Shown here: positions 9,518-19,421 of the stretch, in pieces | How the letters are laid out: each line of letters begins with the position of its first letter | How positions within the stretch are numbered: the stretch's first letter is position 1 | Virus record (IMG/VR): IMGVR_UViG_3300045974_000283 | Span: 32,001-96,000 of that record | Source of the DNA: a virus | Length of the DNA stretch: 64,000 bases | Direction: 5' to 3' (one strand) | Notes under the pieces: generated by a model | Database searches by the model: none | What the model was told of the DNA's origin: nothing | Seen by the model: the letters and a program-made list of their open reading frames with translations, nothing else | Program-made: the position numbers and the translations under genes

Positions 9518-10585
9518 TCAACTTTTCTTGATGACGTTACCTTGAGCGACCAGTTGACGAACATAGTTCTTAGCGCGTTCATCATAGAAGATCTCGGCCA
9601 AGTCGTCGAAGGTCAGATCGGTGAACGGGTCAAAGGCCACCGAGCCCTCGATACGTTGATAGTTGCCCGTGGGAACACCGTCACGACCCATCACGGGTTG
9701 GACGAAGGTCTTGTGCTGAACGTCCTTGATCACGACAGACGGGAACGTGAGATACGTTCCGATCTGGACTGAGGTCATGTTGGTCGTATGCTGACGAACG
9801 AAGTCGTCTACGCCTCCGGACAGCTTCAATGCCGCCTCGCTGGTCTTGGCAGAGAGGGCTGCGATGTCTCCAGCGCTCAACTGTTTGTATTCCTCAGCGA
9901 CCGCTTTGAAGACTCCCGTGGCTGCGTCTTTGGCGGCCTCCAATATTCCACCTGAGTTGTTCGCGCCTGCGACTAGTCTGGTAGCGACATTCTGCAGATT
10001 CTGTATTCCAATTGAGACCGCTTGGTCCAAAGGAAGTCGAGGTCCAGGAGCCGCGAGTACAGCGCCTTTCTTGCCACCTTGCAGCCGTGGCATTGTGAAG
10101 CTGAGTAGGCTGATCAGCGGTTCCAGGACATCGGTGTAGTCATCCGTTCGAGCTTGAAGAACGAACGGAAGACTGATGCCAGTCGTGGCAGAACCTGTCC
10201 ACACCTTCGCAGTGAGGGCCTGCGTGACAAGCTGAAGGCCCGCTGCACGAGCGAGACCAGACGCACCCTGAGCGAGCCTTGCCACACCGCGTTCCATAAC
10301 CGAGCCGATCAGTTCGCGGAATGGGGTGTCGTATTCTGCGGTGGACGACCAGTCGAAGTCAGGTGGAAGCGCGGCAGAGAAGGTCACGTTGGCTTCTGTC
10401 GAATGGATGATAAACGAGTACTCAGGCAAAAGCGGGCTGTAGACACCGCGCGTCGTATTGTTGCCGCCGAAGCGGGCGACCATGTCGGAGATCGGCGAGG
10501 GAATCGCGTTGCGAAGCCCGGAACTCAAATCGTTCAAGCCGTTCAGGGCTTGCGACATCGGATTCGTGGAAAAGAAGTCTGGCAT
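9518..10585 (-). CDS. Tail tube initiator / baseplate tube-cap protein
   Basis: Synteny (between transglycosylase and LysM gene); KVWTGSAT..ISLPFVLQA and FPSVVIKDV beta-rich tube-like segments. Confidence 0.5.
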   Translation of the reverse strand: MPDFFSTNPMSQALNGLNDLSSGLRNAIPSPISDMVARFGGNNTTRGVYSPLLPEYSFIIHSTEANVTFSAALPPDFDWSSTAEYDTPFRELIGSVMERGVARLAQGASGLARAAGLQLVTQALTAKVWTGSATTGISLPFVLQARTDDYTDVLEPLISLLSFTMPRLQGGKKGAVLAAPGPRLPLDQAVSIGIQNLQNVATRLVAGANNSGGILEAAKDAATGVFKAVAEEYKQLSAGDIAALSAKTSEAALKLSGGVDDFVRQHTTNMTSVQIGTYLTFPSVVIKDVQHKTFVQPVMGRDGVPTGNYQRIEGSVAFDPFTDLTFDDLAEIFYDERAKNYVRQLVAQGNVIKKS

Positions 10586-10590
10586 TTTTC

Positions 10591-11826
10591 CTATCCTATC
10601 TTGACTAGACGACCCTGAGTATCCTTGAAGACGGTAGGGGTCGAAGGCGCAGCCGGAGTTTGACTGCTCTGTGGGACGGATGTCGTTGAGGGCTGATCGT
10701 CTGCCACCGTAACTGGTGGAGGCAACGTGATACGCGATGCCACCTTGTTGGACGGAGCAGCGGAAGGCGTGGACGGAGCTACGGGCTTCACAACCGCCGT
10801 CGTGGACTTCGGCGTGTCTGGCTTGGTCAGGGCCACCGACCGCATCGTCAACTCTGGGTGTTTATCAACTTTCTTGTCAGTCGACAGCTGAGCGAGCCCT
10901 TGGTTCTGCAGAAGCTGATTGTAGGCCACTGCCTTGTCGCCCACGCGACCGCTGTAGATGTCCCAGATCTCCGCAAACGTGCGAGGCATCTTGCGGCCAT
11001 TCTTGGGATCTTTGTAGAAGACGTCAGCGTTGGAGCCAGCCGCCTTGGCAAGAGACGTAGCGGCCGGAGCGTTCGGATTGTTGTTCAACCCGTTGAAGAA
11101 AACCCTGACGTCGCCCGGACCCAAGAAGTGCGCCATGTAGACGGAGGTCGGTGTGATAGGCGCACCCGGAACCTTCTTCAGGATGTCCACGTTCTCCTTA
11201 GCGTACAGCGCACCCATGATGGCAGAGGAGCGGGCGTCTTCGATGTCCTGGATGCGGATACCGTAGGCCGGGCTGTCACGGTTGTGACTGTACTTCGCCA
11301 CCATGTTCGCCCACGTTCCTTTGGTGAACTGGAACAGACCGCGAGCCGAGGATGTGCCTGCACCCGCGTTCGGGTCGAACGAGCTTTCGGCAGAGGCAAT
11401 CGACAGCATCATACCGGGGTCGACACCGACGCTACGAGCCGCGCTGACGATGATGTTGCTGACCGTCGTCGTGGGGATTGCTACGCTGACGCTGCCCGCA
11501 GGCGTCCGAGCCTTGGCAAGCTCCATCGTGACGTCGGATACCGATGAAGGTTGCGGAAGTGACTCATCACGTTCCGGTGCTCCGGCAGCCTCTTCAGGAG
11601 TTGGAGCCCGCTCTTCGCCTTGGTCTTCCAAGTCTGTCTCAAAGAACATCTTGTAGAACTCGCGCGCCGCCACGGCGAGGGCGGTGCCGAGCACGACCAT
11701 CATCAGAGTGGATGAAACCTTCCGAAGTTTCAGTGGACTTGCTTTGGGGCCGTCCTCAGGGTTCAGGTCCGCCAGAACGGTCGGAAGGTCGTGAACTAGG
11801 GATCGGACCATACTGGAGGCCAGCAT
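10591..11826 (-). CDS. Virion-associated lytic transglycosylase (SLT domain)
   Basis: GVDPGMMLSIASAESSFDPNA...ARGLFQFTKGTW...YMAHFLG motifs; Pro/Ser/Thr-rich tail. Confidence 0.9.
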   Translation of the reverse strand: MLASSMVRSLVHDLPTVLADLNPEDGPKASPLKLRKVSSTLMMVVLGTALAVAAREFYKMFFETDLEDQGEERAPTPEEAAGAPERDESLPQPSSVSDVTMELAKARTPAGSVSVAIPTTTVSNIIVSAARSVGVDPGMMLSIASAESSFDPNAGAGTSSARGLFQFTKGTWANMVAKYSHNRDSPAYGIRIQDIEDARSSAIMGALYAKENVDILKKVPGAPITPTSVYMAHFLGPGDVRVFFNGLNNNPNAPAATSLAKAAGSNADVFYKDPKNGRKMPRTFAEIWDIYSGRVGDKAVAYNQLLQNQGLAQLSTDKKVDKHPELTMRSVALTKPDTPKSTTAVVKPVAPSTPSAAPSNKVASRITLPPPVTVADDQPSTTSVPQSSQTPAAPSTPTVFKDTQGRLVKIG

Positions 11827-11835
11827 AGAACTTCC

Positions 11836-14202
11836 TTAGCTGCCGAAGGCGTTATACATCATCAGAGCAGAACTTGGGTCAGCGAACATTGGGATGCCGG
11901 ACACGTTGAGCGCCGGAATCTGCGACTGCGTTCCTGTGCGCGGAGCCGCAGTCGGGCCGGGTTGGCTCACACCATTCGGGCCGGGCGAAGGAGCTTGTTG
12001 CTCCGACGGAGTAGACATCCGGGCGTTCCGCGTGTTCTGCATTGGACCACCACGACCCATCGCCCGAGGCGAAGTTCCCGAGCTAGATAGGGCCTGAGCG
12101 CTGATGTAGTCGATCTTGGAGCCGGGGTCGCCGTTCACCTGATCGTAGATCCACGAGCCGAAGCTCGTACCCATCATCTCCTCGAACTTCTTGTTGAATT
12201 TGTTGCCCAAGAAGCGGCCCGCGTCCATTGGATTGAGGATAGCGTCCATCACGCTCAGGCTGTCAACCGTCTTGCCCTCAGCCTCTTCATAGATGCCCAT
12301 GACCGTACCGATGGCGGTTGCCACCCATCCGGCCTTGTTGGCAATCTTCATCAGCGAGGCGACACGTGGATTGCTGGCAAGCGTAGACGCGGCGGAGCGT
12401 AGGGTGTTCACGCCTTTCGATGCGACCCACTCAGCGCCCTTGCCGACAGCCGACAGACCGTCGCCCACTGCGCCTCCCACTGCGCGAGCACCTGTCGTGA
12501 TGGCCTCGCCTGCACGACCCGCGAGGTTGAGAGCCGCCGTTCCGATGCGTGAAGCGCTCACGCCAGAGACCGCGCCACGAACAGCGGTTGCACCGCCGCG
12601 AACAGCCTTGGTCACGTTGCCGACGACCTTCTGTGCAGCAGAACCTTCCCAGCCGAACTTCGACTTGAAGAAGTCGCCCACCTTGGCGGTGAACTCTTCA
12701 ACAGACGCCCACTTCTCGCCGAAGAACTTCTTCATCGTGTCCCACTTCTCACCCGTGAGTTTCTTCAACTCTTCCATCTTGCCTTCGAGATACTTGTAGG
12801 CGTCGGACTCCTTGATCGCAGCCTTGATTGTGTTGTAGATGGACTTGATGCCGTTCCACGCACCCTTCGCCAGTTTCGCAGCAAGACCCGTGACCAGCGA
12901 TCCGGCCACGCCGAGCAGACCAGCCATCCATGGATTGCGGAACCAGTCCATGATCGAGCCTGAGCCAGAACCGTCGCTGGGACGAACGCGTCGTGCGAGG
13001 TTGCGCGCCAACGTAGCAATGGACTCCAAGGCGCGGATCTCCCGGCCTTCGTTCATGCGCTGACCCGCGTCAAGGTAGGACGACTGATTGTTGCGGGCGT
13101 TGCGGTAGATGTTTCGGTAAGGTGACTGGGGCTGAGGGTCGTCGGGACGAGTCAGCGGAGCCGTGTACGAGGGACCACCCGTAGCAGGCGGCTGAGAAAG
13201 CGGTGAAGTTGACGGAGGCGTGAAGTTGGCCGGGCCACCACGACGCACTACCTCCGCTTGCAGGTTGGAACGCTGAGCCACCAGATTGGTTCGCGCCGCA
13301 GAGAGGGACAGCTTCTGCAGTTCTTTGGTCTTGCTGACGATGTCTTGCTTGCGCTGTTTCTCGGAGGCCAAGAACTTGCTGACCGCCGTGATGCCAGTGC
13401 GGTCCTTGATCTTCTGTACCGTGTCCTTGAAGGACTTGTTGATGGCGTCAACAATGGGGTCAACAGTCTTCCGCCGCAGGAAGGAGTGGTTGAGTCGGGC
13501 AATCTCCTTGCGGAGGTTTTCGATCTTCTCTTCCTGTTTCTGCTTCTTGGTCTTGGCCGCTTCGACCTTGTCCTCTTCGGCTTCCTTCTCGCGCTGTTCC
13601 TTCTCAATGGTATCCAGGTCCTGGATGGACTTGTTCAGGGCTTCGATCTGCGAGGAAACCGTCTCGTCTCGGTAGCCTTGGATCTCACGAACGGCCGACT
13701 GGTTGAGCATCTTGGAGGTGTGGACGTACTCCTCGTAGAGGTGCAACGACTTCTGGCGGAAGCGGCGTTTCTCTTCCTCGACGCGGTGTTCGTAAGCCTG
13801 CTCGACACGACGCCGAGCGTAGTCCTCGCGAGCACCTTGCAGACGATCAGCAGACTCCCGTGCCAGACGGGTGAGAGCTTGGTTAGCACGGGTCAGCGTC
13901 ACTTTCGCGCGGTCGCGTTGTTTCTGTCCAACCTCGCGCAGTCCCTTCATCAGCGTTTGCAGGCGTTCCTTCGCGCGTTCGTAAGCCTCCGAACCCTGAA
14001 GGGAATCGGCCAGATTGCGAGCGGCGTTGGCACCGTTGTGGATAGCTTCCTCAGCCGTTTCCATGGCGAACTCGACCTCGCTCAACATGGAGTTGTAGAT
14101 CGCGTTCGTGCGGGCGTCGAGTTGGCTCTGGGTCATGCGCGGTCGCGCAGAGCCCCGAGGGGCTCGTTGCGAACCGGGCCGTGAACGTGAAATGGAAGCC
14201 AT
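11836..14202 (-). CDS. Tape measure protein (788 aa)
   Basis: Long helical, charged N-half; Gly/Ala-rich segments; position after chaperone and before the SLT gene. Confidence 0.75.
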   Translation of the reverse strand: MASISRSRPGSQRAPRGSARPRMTQSQLDARTNAIYNSMLSEVEFAMETAEEAIHNGANAARNLADSLQGSEAYERAKERLQTLMKGLREVGQKQRDRAKVTLTRANQALTRLARESADRLQGAREDYARRRVEQAYEHRVEEEKRRFRQKSLHLYEEYVHTSKMLNQSAVREIQGYRDETVSSQIEALNKSIQDLDTIEKEQREKEAEEDKVEAAKTKKQKQEEKIENLRKEIARLNHSFLRRKTVDPIVDAINKSFKDTVQKIKDRTGITAVSKFLASEKQRKQDIVSKTKELQKLSLSAARTNLVAQRSNLQAEVVRRGGPANFTPPSTSPLSQPPATGGPSYTAPLTRPDDPQPQSPYRNIYRNARNNQSSYLDAGQRMNEGREIRALESIATLARNLARRVRPSDGSGSGSIMDWFRNPWMAGLLGVAGSLVTGLAAKLAKGAWNGIKSIYNTIKAAIKESDAYKYLEGKMEELKKLTGEKWDTMKKFFGEKWASVEEFTAKVGDFFKSKFGWEGSAAQKVVGNVTKAVRGGATAVRGAVSGVSASRIGTAALNLAGRAGEAITTGARAVGGAVGDGLSAVGKGAEWVASKGVNTLRSAASTLASNPRVASLMKIANKAGWVATAIGTVMGIYEEAEGKTVDSLSVMDAILNPMDAGRFLGNKFNKKFEEMMGTSFGSWIYDQVNGDPGSKIDYISAQALSSSGTSPRAMGRGGPMQNTRNARMSTPSEQQAPSPGPNGVSQPGPTAAPRTGTQSQIPALNVSGIPMFADPSSALMMYNAFGS

Positions 14203-14210
14203 GATTTTCC

Positions 14211-14408
14211 TTAGCGTCTGCGCCTACCGGGTGGAGGCTGTTTCTCTCGGTCTGCCCGTTCCTTCTGCCGCTTTTCTCGGAGCGTCGCCGCCTTGGAGAT
14301 CATGAAGGTAAGCTCGACGACGGGTTGATCCATCGAGAGCAGAACTCCGTATTCCTCAGCTACATCGGCGATGCCATTCAGCAAATAGTCCTGGGAGAAC
14401 CGATCAAA
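14211..14408 (-). CDS. Unannotated 65-codon +1-frame extension of the tail/baseplate chaperone (gp51-like)
   Basis: Fills the 200-nt gap: FDRFSQDYLLNGIADVAEEYGVLLSMDQPVVELTFMISKAATLREKRQKERADREKQPPPGRRRR*, ending just before the TMP RBS; no convincing own start/RBS at its 5' end. Confidence 0.7.
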   Translation of the reverse strand, partial: FDRFSQDYLLNGIADVAEEYGVLLSMDQPVVELTFMISKAATLREKRQKERADREKQPPPGRRRR

Positions 14409-15393
14409 GAAAGCAGTGCGCCGACATGATGACTTTCGTCTTCACGGTGGCGCCGCACTCCTTGCAAGGGACCGAGATGGATTCCTTGATGCCGTAGTCG
14501 CCGATCAGGGCAACGAAGGCGTTCAAGGCAGCGATGACGTCAACCGGGAGTTCACCTACCAGCTTGACGCGTTCTTCAAAGGGAACCTGAGGGCCTTCCA
14601 ACGGGCGCACATGCGCAGCCATGTCGGCCAGCATCGCGTGTTCCTCGTCCACGATCGCCTCGCCTTCCGGGCCGATCGTGGTGTAGGGCTCCAGGTACAC
14701 ATCCGTGGGGATCAGGTCGTGGACTCGTGGTGCCGTGGCGAGAAGACCGAAGTCAGCCAGTTCAGCATTCGTGATGCTGAAGGCGCGATCAGCCGCTTCC
14801 TTGTCCAGGGACTTCTCATCCAACGTGGTGGCCGAGAGCACGTGAATCGCTTTCAGCGTGTCCTCATGCGCCAGCCCCGCAGCGACCTTCTTCAGGTGCA
14901 ACGGATGGTTGCAGACCGCGAGGTGTGTGAACTGCGACTTGGTGTACGACATCAGTCGCAACCAGTACATGAGATAGTTGAAATCGACGAGCGTGAACTC
15001 GTTGATCAGTGCCGGGTCCGCCATTGTGGATGCCACCGCTTCGACAACGTAACTCAAGTTCTCTTCCGCAGCCGCACGAGTGAACTTCGCCTGTTGCTTG
15101 CCCTTGATGCGGGAAGCCGCCAAAGACTTCCACGGGTAGAAGTAGAAATCCGAGGGTAGTTGAACGCTGAAATAGTCGGCGTTGCGATATTCGGGCGGGG
15201 CTGGAGTAAGCCTGATTTGGTCGTATCCTGAGATAGATGGGACGTCCGTTTTGGACGATTTTTCAGGCTCCAGTGGGTTTGCCGGTGCGGGTGCGTTTTG
15301 GTCGTTTTGGGAAGGATTTGCTCGTTTCCGGGGAAACGGCATTTCTATGTGGGAGATGGACTTGCGGCCATCATCTTCTTCAGGAGTGCTCAT
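14404..15393 (-). CDS. Tail/baseplate assembly chaperone (T4 gp26-like)
   Basis: LTLVDFNYLMYWLRLMSY-type motif, CxHxxH site, C-terminal VPCKECG zinc motif; position upstream of TMP. Confidence 0.75.
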   Translation of the reverse strand: MSTPEEDDGRKSISHIEMPFPRKRANPSQNDQNAPAPANPLEPEKSSKTDVPSISGYDQIRLTPAPPEYRNADYFSVQLPSDFYFYPWKSLAASRIKGKQQAKFTRAAAEENLSYVVEAVASTMADPALINEFTLVDFNYLMYWLRLMSYTKSQFTHLAVCNHPLHLKKVAAGLAHEDTLKAIHVLSATTLDEKSLDKEAADRAFSITNAELADFGLLATAPRVHDLIPTDVYLEPYTTIGPEGEAIVDEEHAMLADMAAHVRPLEGPQVPFEERVKLVGELPVDVIAALNAFVALIGDYGIKESISVPCKECGATVKTKVIMSAHCFL

Positions 15394-15421
15394 GGTTCAT
15401 GCCTTTCAGGCGTAGTGAAGA

Positions 15422-16144
15422 TTAGAAACCAGCCAGACCCGAGATACCGGGAACCGTTGGGAAGATGCTGTTGATCCTCGCTGATACAGCAGAAAGATCG
15501 TTTGAGGAAGATCGGAGAACGTCCTCGGTGGCGATGGTGAGGTCAGTCTTGAGCAGAGTGGATTCGGAACCAAACTGATAAGATGCGAAAGAAGTCGGGA
15601 CGCAATTCACATAGCGGAAATCAACCACCGTTTGATTCTTGGCATCCAAGACAAACAAGACGATGTCCTTCCAATATACAGAAGGGAGGTTGTAGTAACC
15701 GTCAGACCGTTGGACAGCGTAGTACCAATCCAGGCCCCAATTGATTGACTGACCATCGATGTCCGTGTAGAGACCGATGTTGATGTCACCCACCGAAGAC
15801 GCACCAGCCGTCTTCGAGAACTTCCCGTTGCGGAACGTCGATTGGACATCGTACCCTAGCTGAGGAGATTGAAACGAATCAATGAGAAGCGGGTCAATCT
15901 CAGTCAGCGGTGAATGGCCGATCACCGCTGCGATCCAGTCGCAAGCCAGAACCGGATCGCTAACTGCCTGCATGGCAGAAAGGGTCAGGCGACTCTTGTA
16001 TGGATTGGCAGCGGTGCGCAGCTTCTTGCTCAGGGCGTCAATGGGGCCGGTGAAGGTCTTCGCTACAGATCCGACGAACGAGTTAAGGCTGGAGGCTTGC
16101 TTGTTGAGAACAAGCCCAGCGATACCGTCCAGACCGATAGGCAT
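15422..16144 (-). CDS. Tail tube-like / baseplate-tail junction protein (gp54-like)
   Basis: Tube-fold-like segments (VGDINIGLYTD...VVDFRYVNCVPTS); immediately downstream of tube gene. Confidence 0.55.
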   Translation of the reverse strand: MPIGLDGIAGLVLNKQASSLNSFVGSVAKTFTGPIDALSKKLRTAANPYKSRLTLSAMQAVSDPVLACDWIAAVIGHSPLTEIDPLLIDSFQSPQLGYDVQSTFRNGKFSKTAGASSVGDINIGLYTDIDGQSINWGLDWYYAVQRSDGYYNLPSVYWKDIVLFVLDAKNQTVVDFRYVNCVPTSFASYQFGSESTLLKTDLTIATEDVLRSSSNDLSAVSARINSIFPTVPGISGLAGF

Positions 16145-16153
16145 TCAACCTCC

Positions 16154-16666
16154 TTAGGCGGCGATGTCTTCGAAGTAGTCCATGCTGAAGCCGCAGGTAT
16201 ACGTCACGATGCCTGTGCCTTGGTCCATCTGGACTTGGCCGAGCGTCAGCGGGAACACGTTGACGATGCGAACAGAACGCGCGAGCAGGTTCTTGTCGTC
16301 GTAGAGGCCGAGCTCAACCGGAACCGCGTAGTCCGCAGAGTAGCCGCCCGCGCCTTCGCCTTGCCAGCTTCGTGCGGCATCACGCCACGCGGTGAGCATG
16401 TCGCGGGTCTTCATGTCCCGCGTTTCGATGGCAGTCATTTCCCACGTGTCATCGTAGGATAGCTTGCCAGCGAAGCGACGCTTCCGGGCATGAGCTTCCC
16501 AGGTCATCTGCTCGATGGCCCATCCGGGGAGGTTGGCAGAAACTGCACGAACGGTCATCTCGCGGCTGTCAGCCACGCCCGGAATGAATGGGATGACGAC
16601 TTCCCAATTCCAGGACCACAGCGGGTCGGTGACAGCGTTCATTTGCTGAAGGGTAGTACGAGCCAT
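16154..16666 (-). CDS. Tail tube protein
   Basis: 170 aa after sheath; ANLPG...RRFAGKLSYDDTWEMT...VNVFPLTLGQVQMD...FSMDYF, gp19-like. Confidence 0.85.
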   Translation of the reverse strand: MARTTLQQMNAVTDPLWSWNWEVVIPFIPGVADSREMTVRAVSANLPGWAIEQMTWEAHARKRRFAGKLSYDDTWEMTAIETRDMKTRDMLTAWRDAARSWQGEGAGGYSADYAVPVELGLYDDKNLLARSVRIVNVFPLTLGQVQMDQGTGIVTYTCGFSMDYFEDIAA

Positions 16667-16686
16667 GTCTTCTCCTAAAGAGGATA

Positions 16687-16708
16687 GAGCCCGGCGATCG
16701 CCGGGCTC
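16687..16708. terminator. Perfect 22-bp palindrome between sheath and tube genes (attenuator or mRNA stabiliser)
   Basis: GAGCCCGGCGATCGCCGGGCTC; only a weak U-tract follows on the minus strand. Confidence 0.5.
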
Positions 16709-16713
16709 GGGGG

Positions 16714-18783
16714 TCAGATGGAAAGCGCCGCGACTTCGTTCTCGCTCAGCGAGAGGCCGTCTTCAGACACGATGAGCGTCAGCTCGATGGCTCGGACTGC
16801 CAGCGTAGCCACGATGGTCACTGCGATGCGCAGGGTGCCGGTGTTCACCACCGAGCTCGGGTTGTTCACCGAGTTGCAGAGCACACGATACGCGGTGATG
16901 CCACGAGTGCCCTTGACAAAGTCCAGGTACTTCTCGAGACCGTACTTGACCGCTTTCTGCAGAGTCTCATCGGAGGGCTCCTGCTCGGAGTACAGCAGAT
17001 ACTCGTACATGCTGCGCTTGAGTACGTTGCAGAGAACGCGAACGTTCAGGAACTGCAAAGCGTTCGGCGCAGACGACAGCGTCCACTGTTCCCAAAGCGG
17101 GATGCCCTTGCCCAAGAACTTGCGAGCGTAGTTGATGTTCGCACGGGCGAGGCGCGTCGCATCAGTATCTTCGTAGGCGTTGCGAATGCCGAGGACATCA
17201 AGCAGACCACGGTTCAAGCCGGCGATCGAGCGGTACGGGTAGGACACCCGCGACGTCCGTGCCAACAAGGAAGCCATGATGCCCGAAGGCGGAACGTAGA
17301 GCACCTTACCAGCCGTTGCGTCGCTCTCCAGAACATCCGACGCGAACAGAGCCGAGTAGCTGGAGTTCAGGTTCAGGTCAATGTTGCGATAGTCGAGCAC
17401 CGTCTGCGCGTCTTGAGCGACCGAAGGCGTATCGAGGAAGGCCACGCAGTCCCCGCGAGTGGAGGCCACCAGATCCATTTCCTTCTGGATGGCAGGAATC
17501 GCACGACCGGAGTTGATCATCACGTCGATGATGTATTCCTCCTTGTTGCCAAAGACATCCCACGTCGACAAGATTTCCGAAGCGGTCGGGGCCACGCCGG
17601 ATTGACCCGCTCCCAAGGAGAGGTTGATGTACTTGGTGCCCGCAGTGTTGATCGTCCAGTTCGTGGACGAGTACATGCGCAGAGCGGCCGCCGAGGCGTA
17701 GGTCGGCACGTTGGAGATACAGCGCAGGTACTTCGAGTAGACGTTGATGCGCTGTGCCGTTTCCATGGTCAGACCGGAAGCGTCGGTCTCTTCGATGATC
17801 GAGCAGTCGAAGGCTTCGACAGGCGTCAGGGTGGACTTGCTCGTATCGTAGATTTCCAGCTTGAACTTGGAGTTCACCGGCAGCGAGCTGTCCTGGGGCA
17901 GGGTCGTGAACGTGTTCGGGTAGTTCGGGAACAGAGCTCCGGTGGAGTCCTCAGCGGCACTGCCGTCATCCGCCCACGAAAGGGTTCCACCGCCTACCAC
18001 CGCGAGGGTGTAGTTCGTCAGGGTGCCAGAGCGCCCATAGATGACGTATCCAGCCGCGCCGGGAACCGCGTCCCAGTTGAGGGTGTTCTTCTTCGTGTCC
18101 GCGCCCGAGGTCGTCGAGAACGACTTGGTCGTCACCGAGAACACTTGGTTGAGCTCGTTGAATGCCGCGATGCGATAGCGGTAGGTCGTCGAGCCCAGGA
18201 GGGTGCCGCCCGTGTTGGACAGGGTGACGCCGACACGCGATGGCGCTTCCAGGTTTTTCGCTTTGATCTTGATCGCGATGTTCGCAGAGATCGAGCCCGG
18301 CCCCTTCTTGTAGAAGAAGGAATAGAGAGGCTTGCCAAGAGCGCCGAACACGGCCTCGCTCCACTGAGTGGAACCGTCGTTCGAGACGTCGAAGCTCTCT
18401 TCGAACGGATCGGCCGAAGCGTAGGCATAGGAGTTCAAGACGTAGGGGTTCGCAGCGTCAGAACCCCCGATGCCCACGTTGATGACCCCGTACTTCGTGC
18501 GGTCGGCGTCCACCGTGGACGAGGTGACAGCGCGCACCGCCCACATGGAATTGCCTTCCTTGAAGTAGTCGCGGGCTGCGAAACCGTCGAACGACAAGTA
18601 AGAACGCGCGGAGCCGAAGTCGGCGGCGAACGTGTCGTAGTTGTCGTAGAAGGTAGGGACGATCGGGCCTTGGTCGGACACGACCACGATGGCCGCAGTC
18701 GCCGACGAGTTCTGAGCGATGGTTGTTCCCAAGGCCACTTCGGAAATACGGACGTCAGCAGCTTGACGTGAGAGAGCAGTCAT
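16714..18783 (-). CDS. Tail sheath protein
   Basis: DVRISEV N-terminus, RGDCVAFLDTP, YVPPSG, RSIAGLNRG, LQFLNVRVL, FVKGTRGITAYRVLCNSVNN motifs. Confidence 0.95.
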   Translation of the reverse strand: MTALSRQAADVRISEVALGTTIAQNSSATAAIVVVSDQGPIVPTFYDNYDTFAADFGSARSYLSFDGFAARDYFKEGNSMWAVRAVTSSTVDADRTKYGVINVGIGGSDAANPYVLNSYAYASADPFEESFDVSNDGSTQWSEAVFGALGKPLYSFFYKKGPGSISANIAIKIKAKNLEAPSRVGVTLSNTGGTLLGSTTYRYRIAAFNELNQVFSVTTKSFSTTSGADTKKNTLNWDAVPGAAGYVIYGRSGTLTNYTLAVVGGGTLSWADDGSAAEDSTGALFPNYPNTFTTLPQDSSLPVNSKFKLEIYDTSKSTLTPVEAFDCSIIEETDASGLTMETAQRINVYSKYLRCISNVPTYASAAALRMYSSTNWTINTAGTKYINLSLGAGQSGVAPTASEILSTWDVFGNKEEYIIDVMINSGRAIPAIQKEMDLVASTRGDCVAFLDTPSVAQDAQTVLDYRNIDLNLNSSYSALFASDVLESDATAGKVLYVPPSGIMASLLARTSRVSYPYRSIAGLNRGLLDVLGIRNAYEDTDATRLARANINYARKFLGKGIPLWEQWTLSSAPNALQFLNVRVLCNVLKRSMYEYLLYSEQEPSDETLQKAVKYGLEKYLDFVKGTRGITAYRVLCNSVNNPSSVVNTGTLRIAVTIVATLAVRAIELTLIVSEDGLSLSENEVAALSI

Positions 18784-18812
18784 AGGTTTTCTCCGTAGAG
18801 TTCAGGGGTTCA

Positions 18813-19046
18813 TCAGATGGCCGAGACCCGAAGGTGTTTCTTGCCGCGAAGGCTGTTCGGGTCAACCGTCCAGCCCGTGGGAATCTTCGGACGGCCACCG
18901 GGCTGCACGAAGATGATGTCCGAGGCTTGACCCTCATCGGTGACCGGACCAAGGATGGTGACAGACTCAGAGGTCTCTCCGCGGTTGGTGACCACGAGCC
19001 GCCCGACAGGAGCTGCAGGAGTGGAAGGATCAATGGATTCGGGCAT
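18813..19046 (-). CDS. Small hypothetical virion protein
   Basis: Tightly packed in operon with RBS (AAGGA). Confidence 0.6.
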   Translation of the reverse strand: MPESIDPSTPAAPVGRLVVTNRGETSESVTILGPVTDEGQASDIIFVQPGGRPKIPTGWTVDPNSLRGKKHLRVSAI

Positions 19047-19049
19047 GGC

Positions 19050-19418
19050 TTATCCTTGGATGATTGAGACGTCGGTCTCGGATGATTGAACATTACGGAT
19101 GGTGACCGCGAGCACAGTGTCATCGATCACCAGCATGGAGCTGACGCGGTGAGTTGCCGTGTAGGCTGCGCGCCCTGCTCCGTTCTCAGAAATCGTGGCG
19201 TACTGCACGTCGACGAAGACGGGCTGCGACACCTTGATGCACATAAAATTGGCCGGTGAAACCGGGGTCACTGTGCTCTGGTCCTGCGCTGCCAGCGTGA
19301 GGTCAATCTTGTTGAACTGGTCAACTAGATACGACTCGCTGTAGCTGGCAGCGGAGGTGCGGATGTTGTTCACCGCAGAGAAGAGACCGAGGTTGACGGC
19401 GATACGACGAGCGCTCAT
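19050..19418 (-). CDS. Hypothetical structural protein
   Basis: Operon packing, beta-rich 122 aa. Confidence 0.65.
   Translation of the reverse strand: MSARRIAVNLGLFSAVNNIRTSAASYSESYLVDQFNKIDLTLAAQDQSTVTPVSPANFMCIKVSQPVFVDVQYATISENGAGRAAYTATHRVSSMLVIDDTVLAVTIRNVQSSETDVSIIQG
19244..19251 (-). promoter_or_regulatory. CAHTTTTA motif upstream of sheath operon
   Basis: GCCAATTTTATG inside the 19050-19418 gene. Confidence 0.4.
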
Positions 19419-19421
19419 GGG

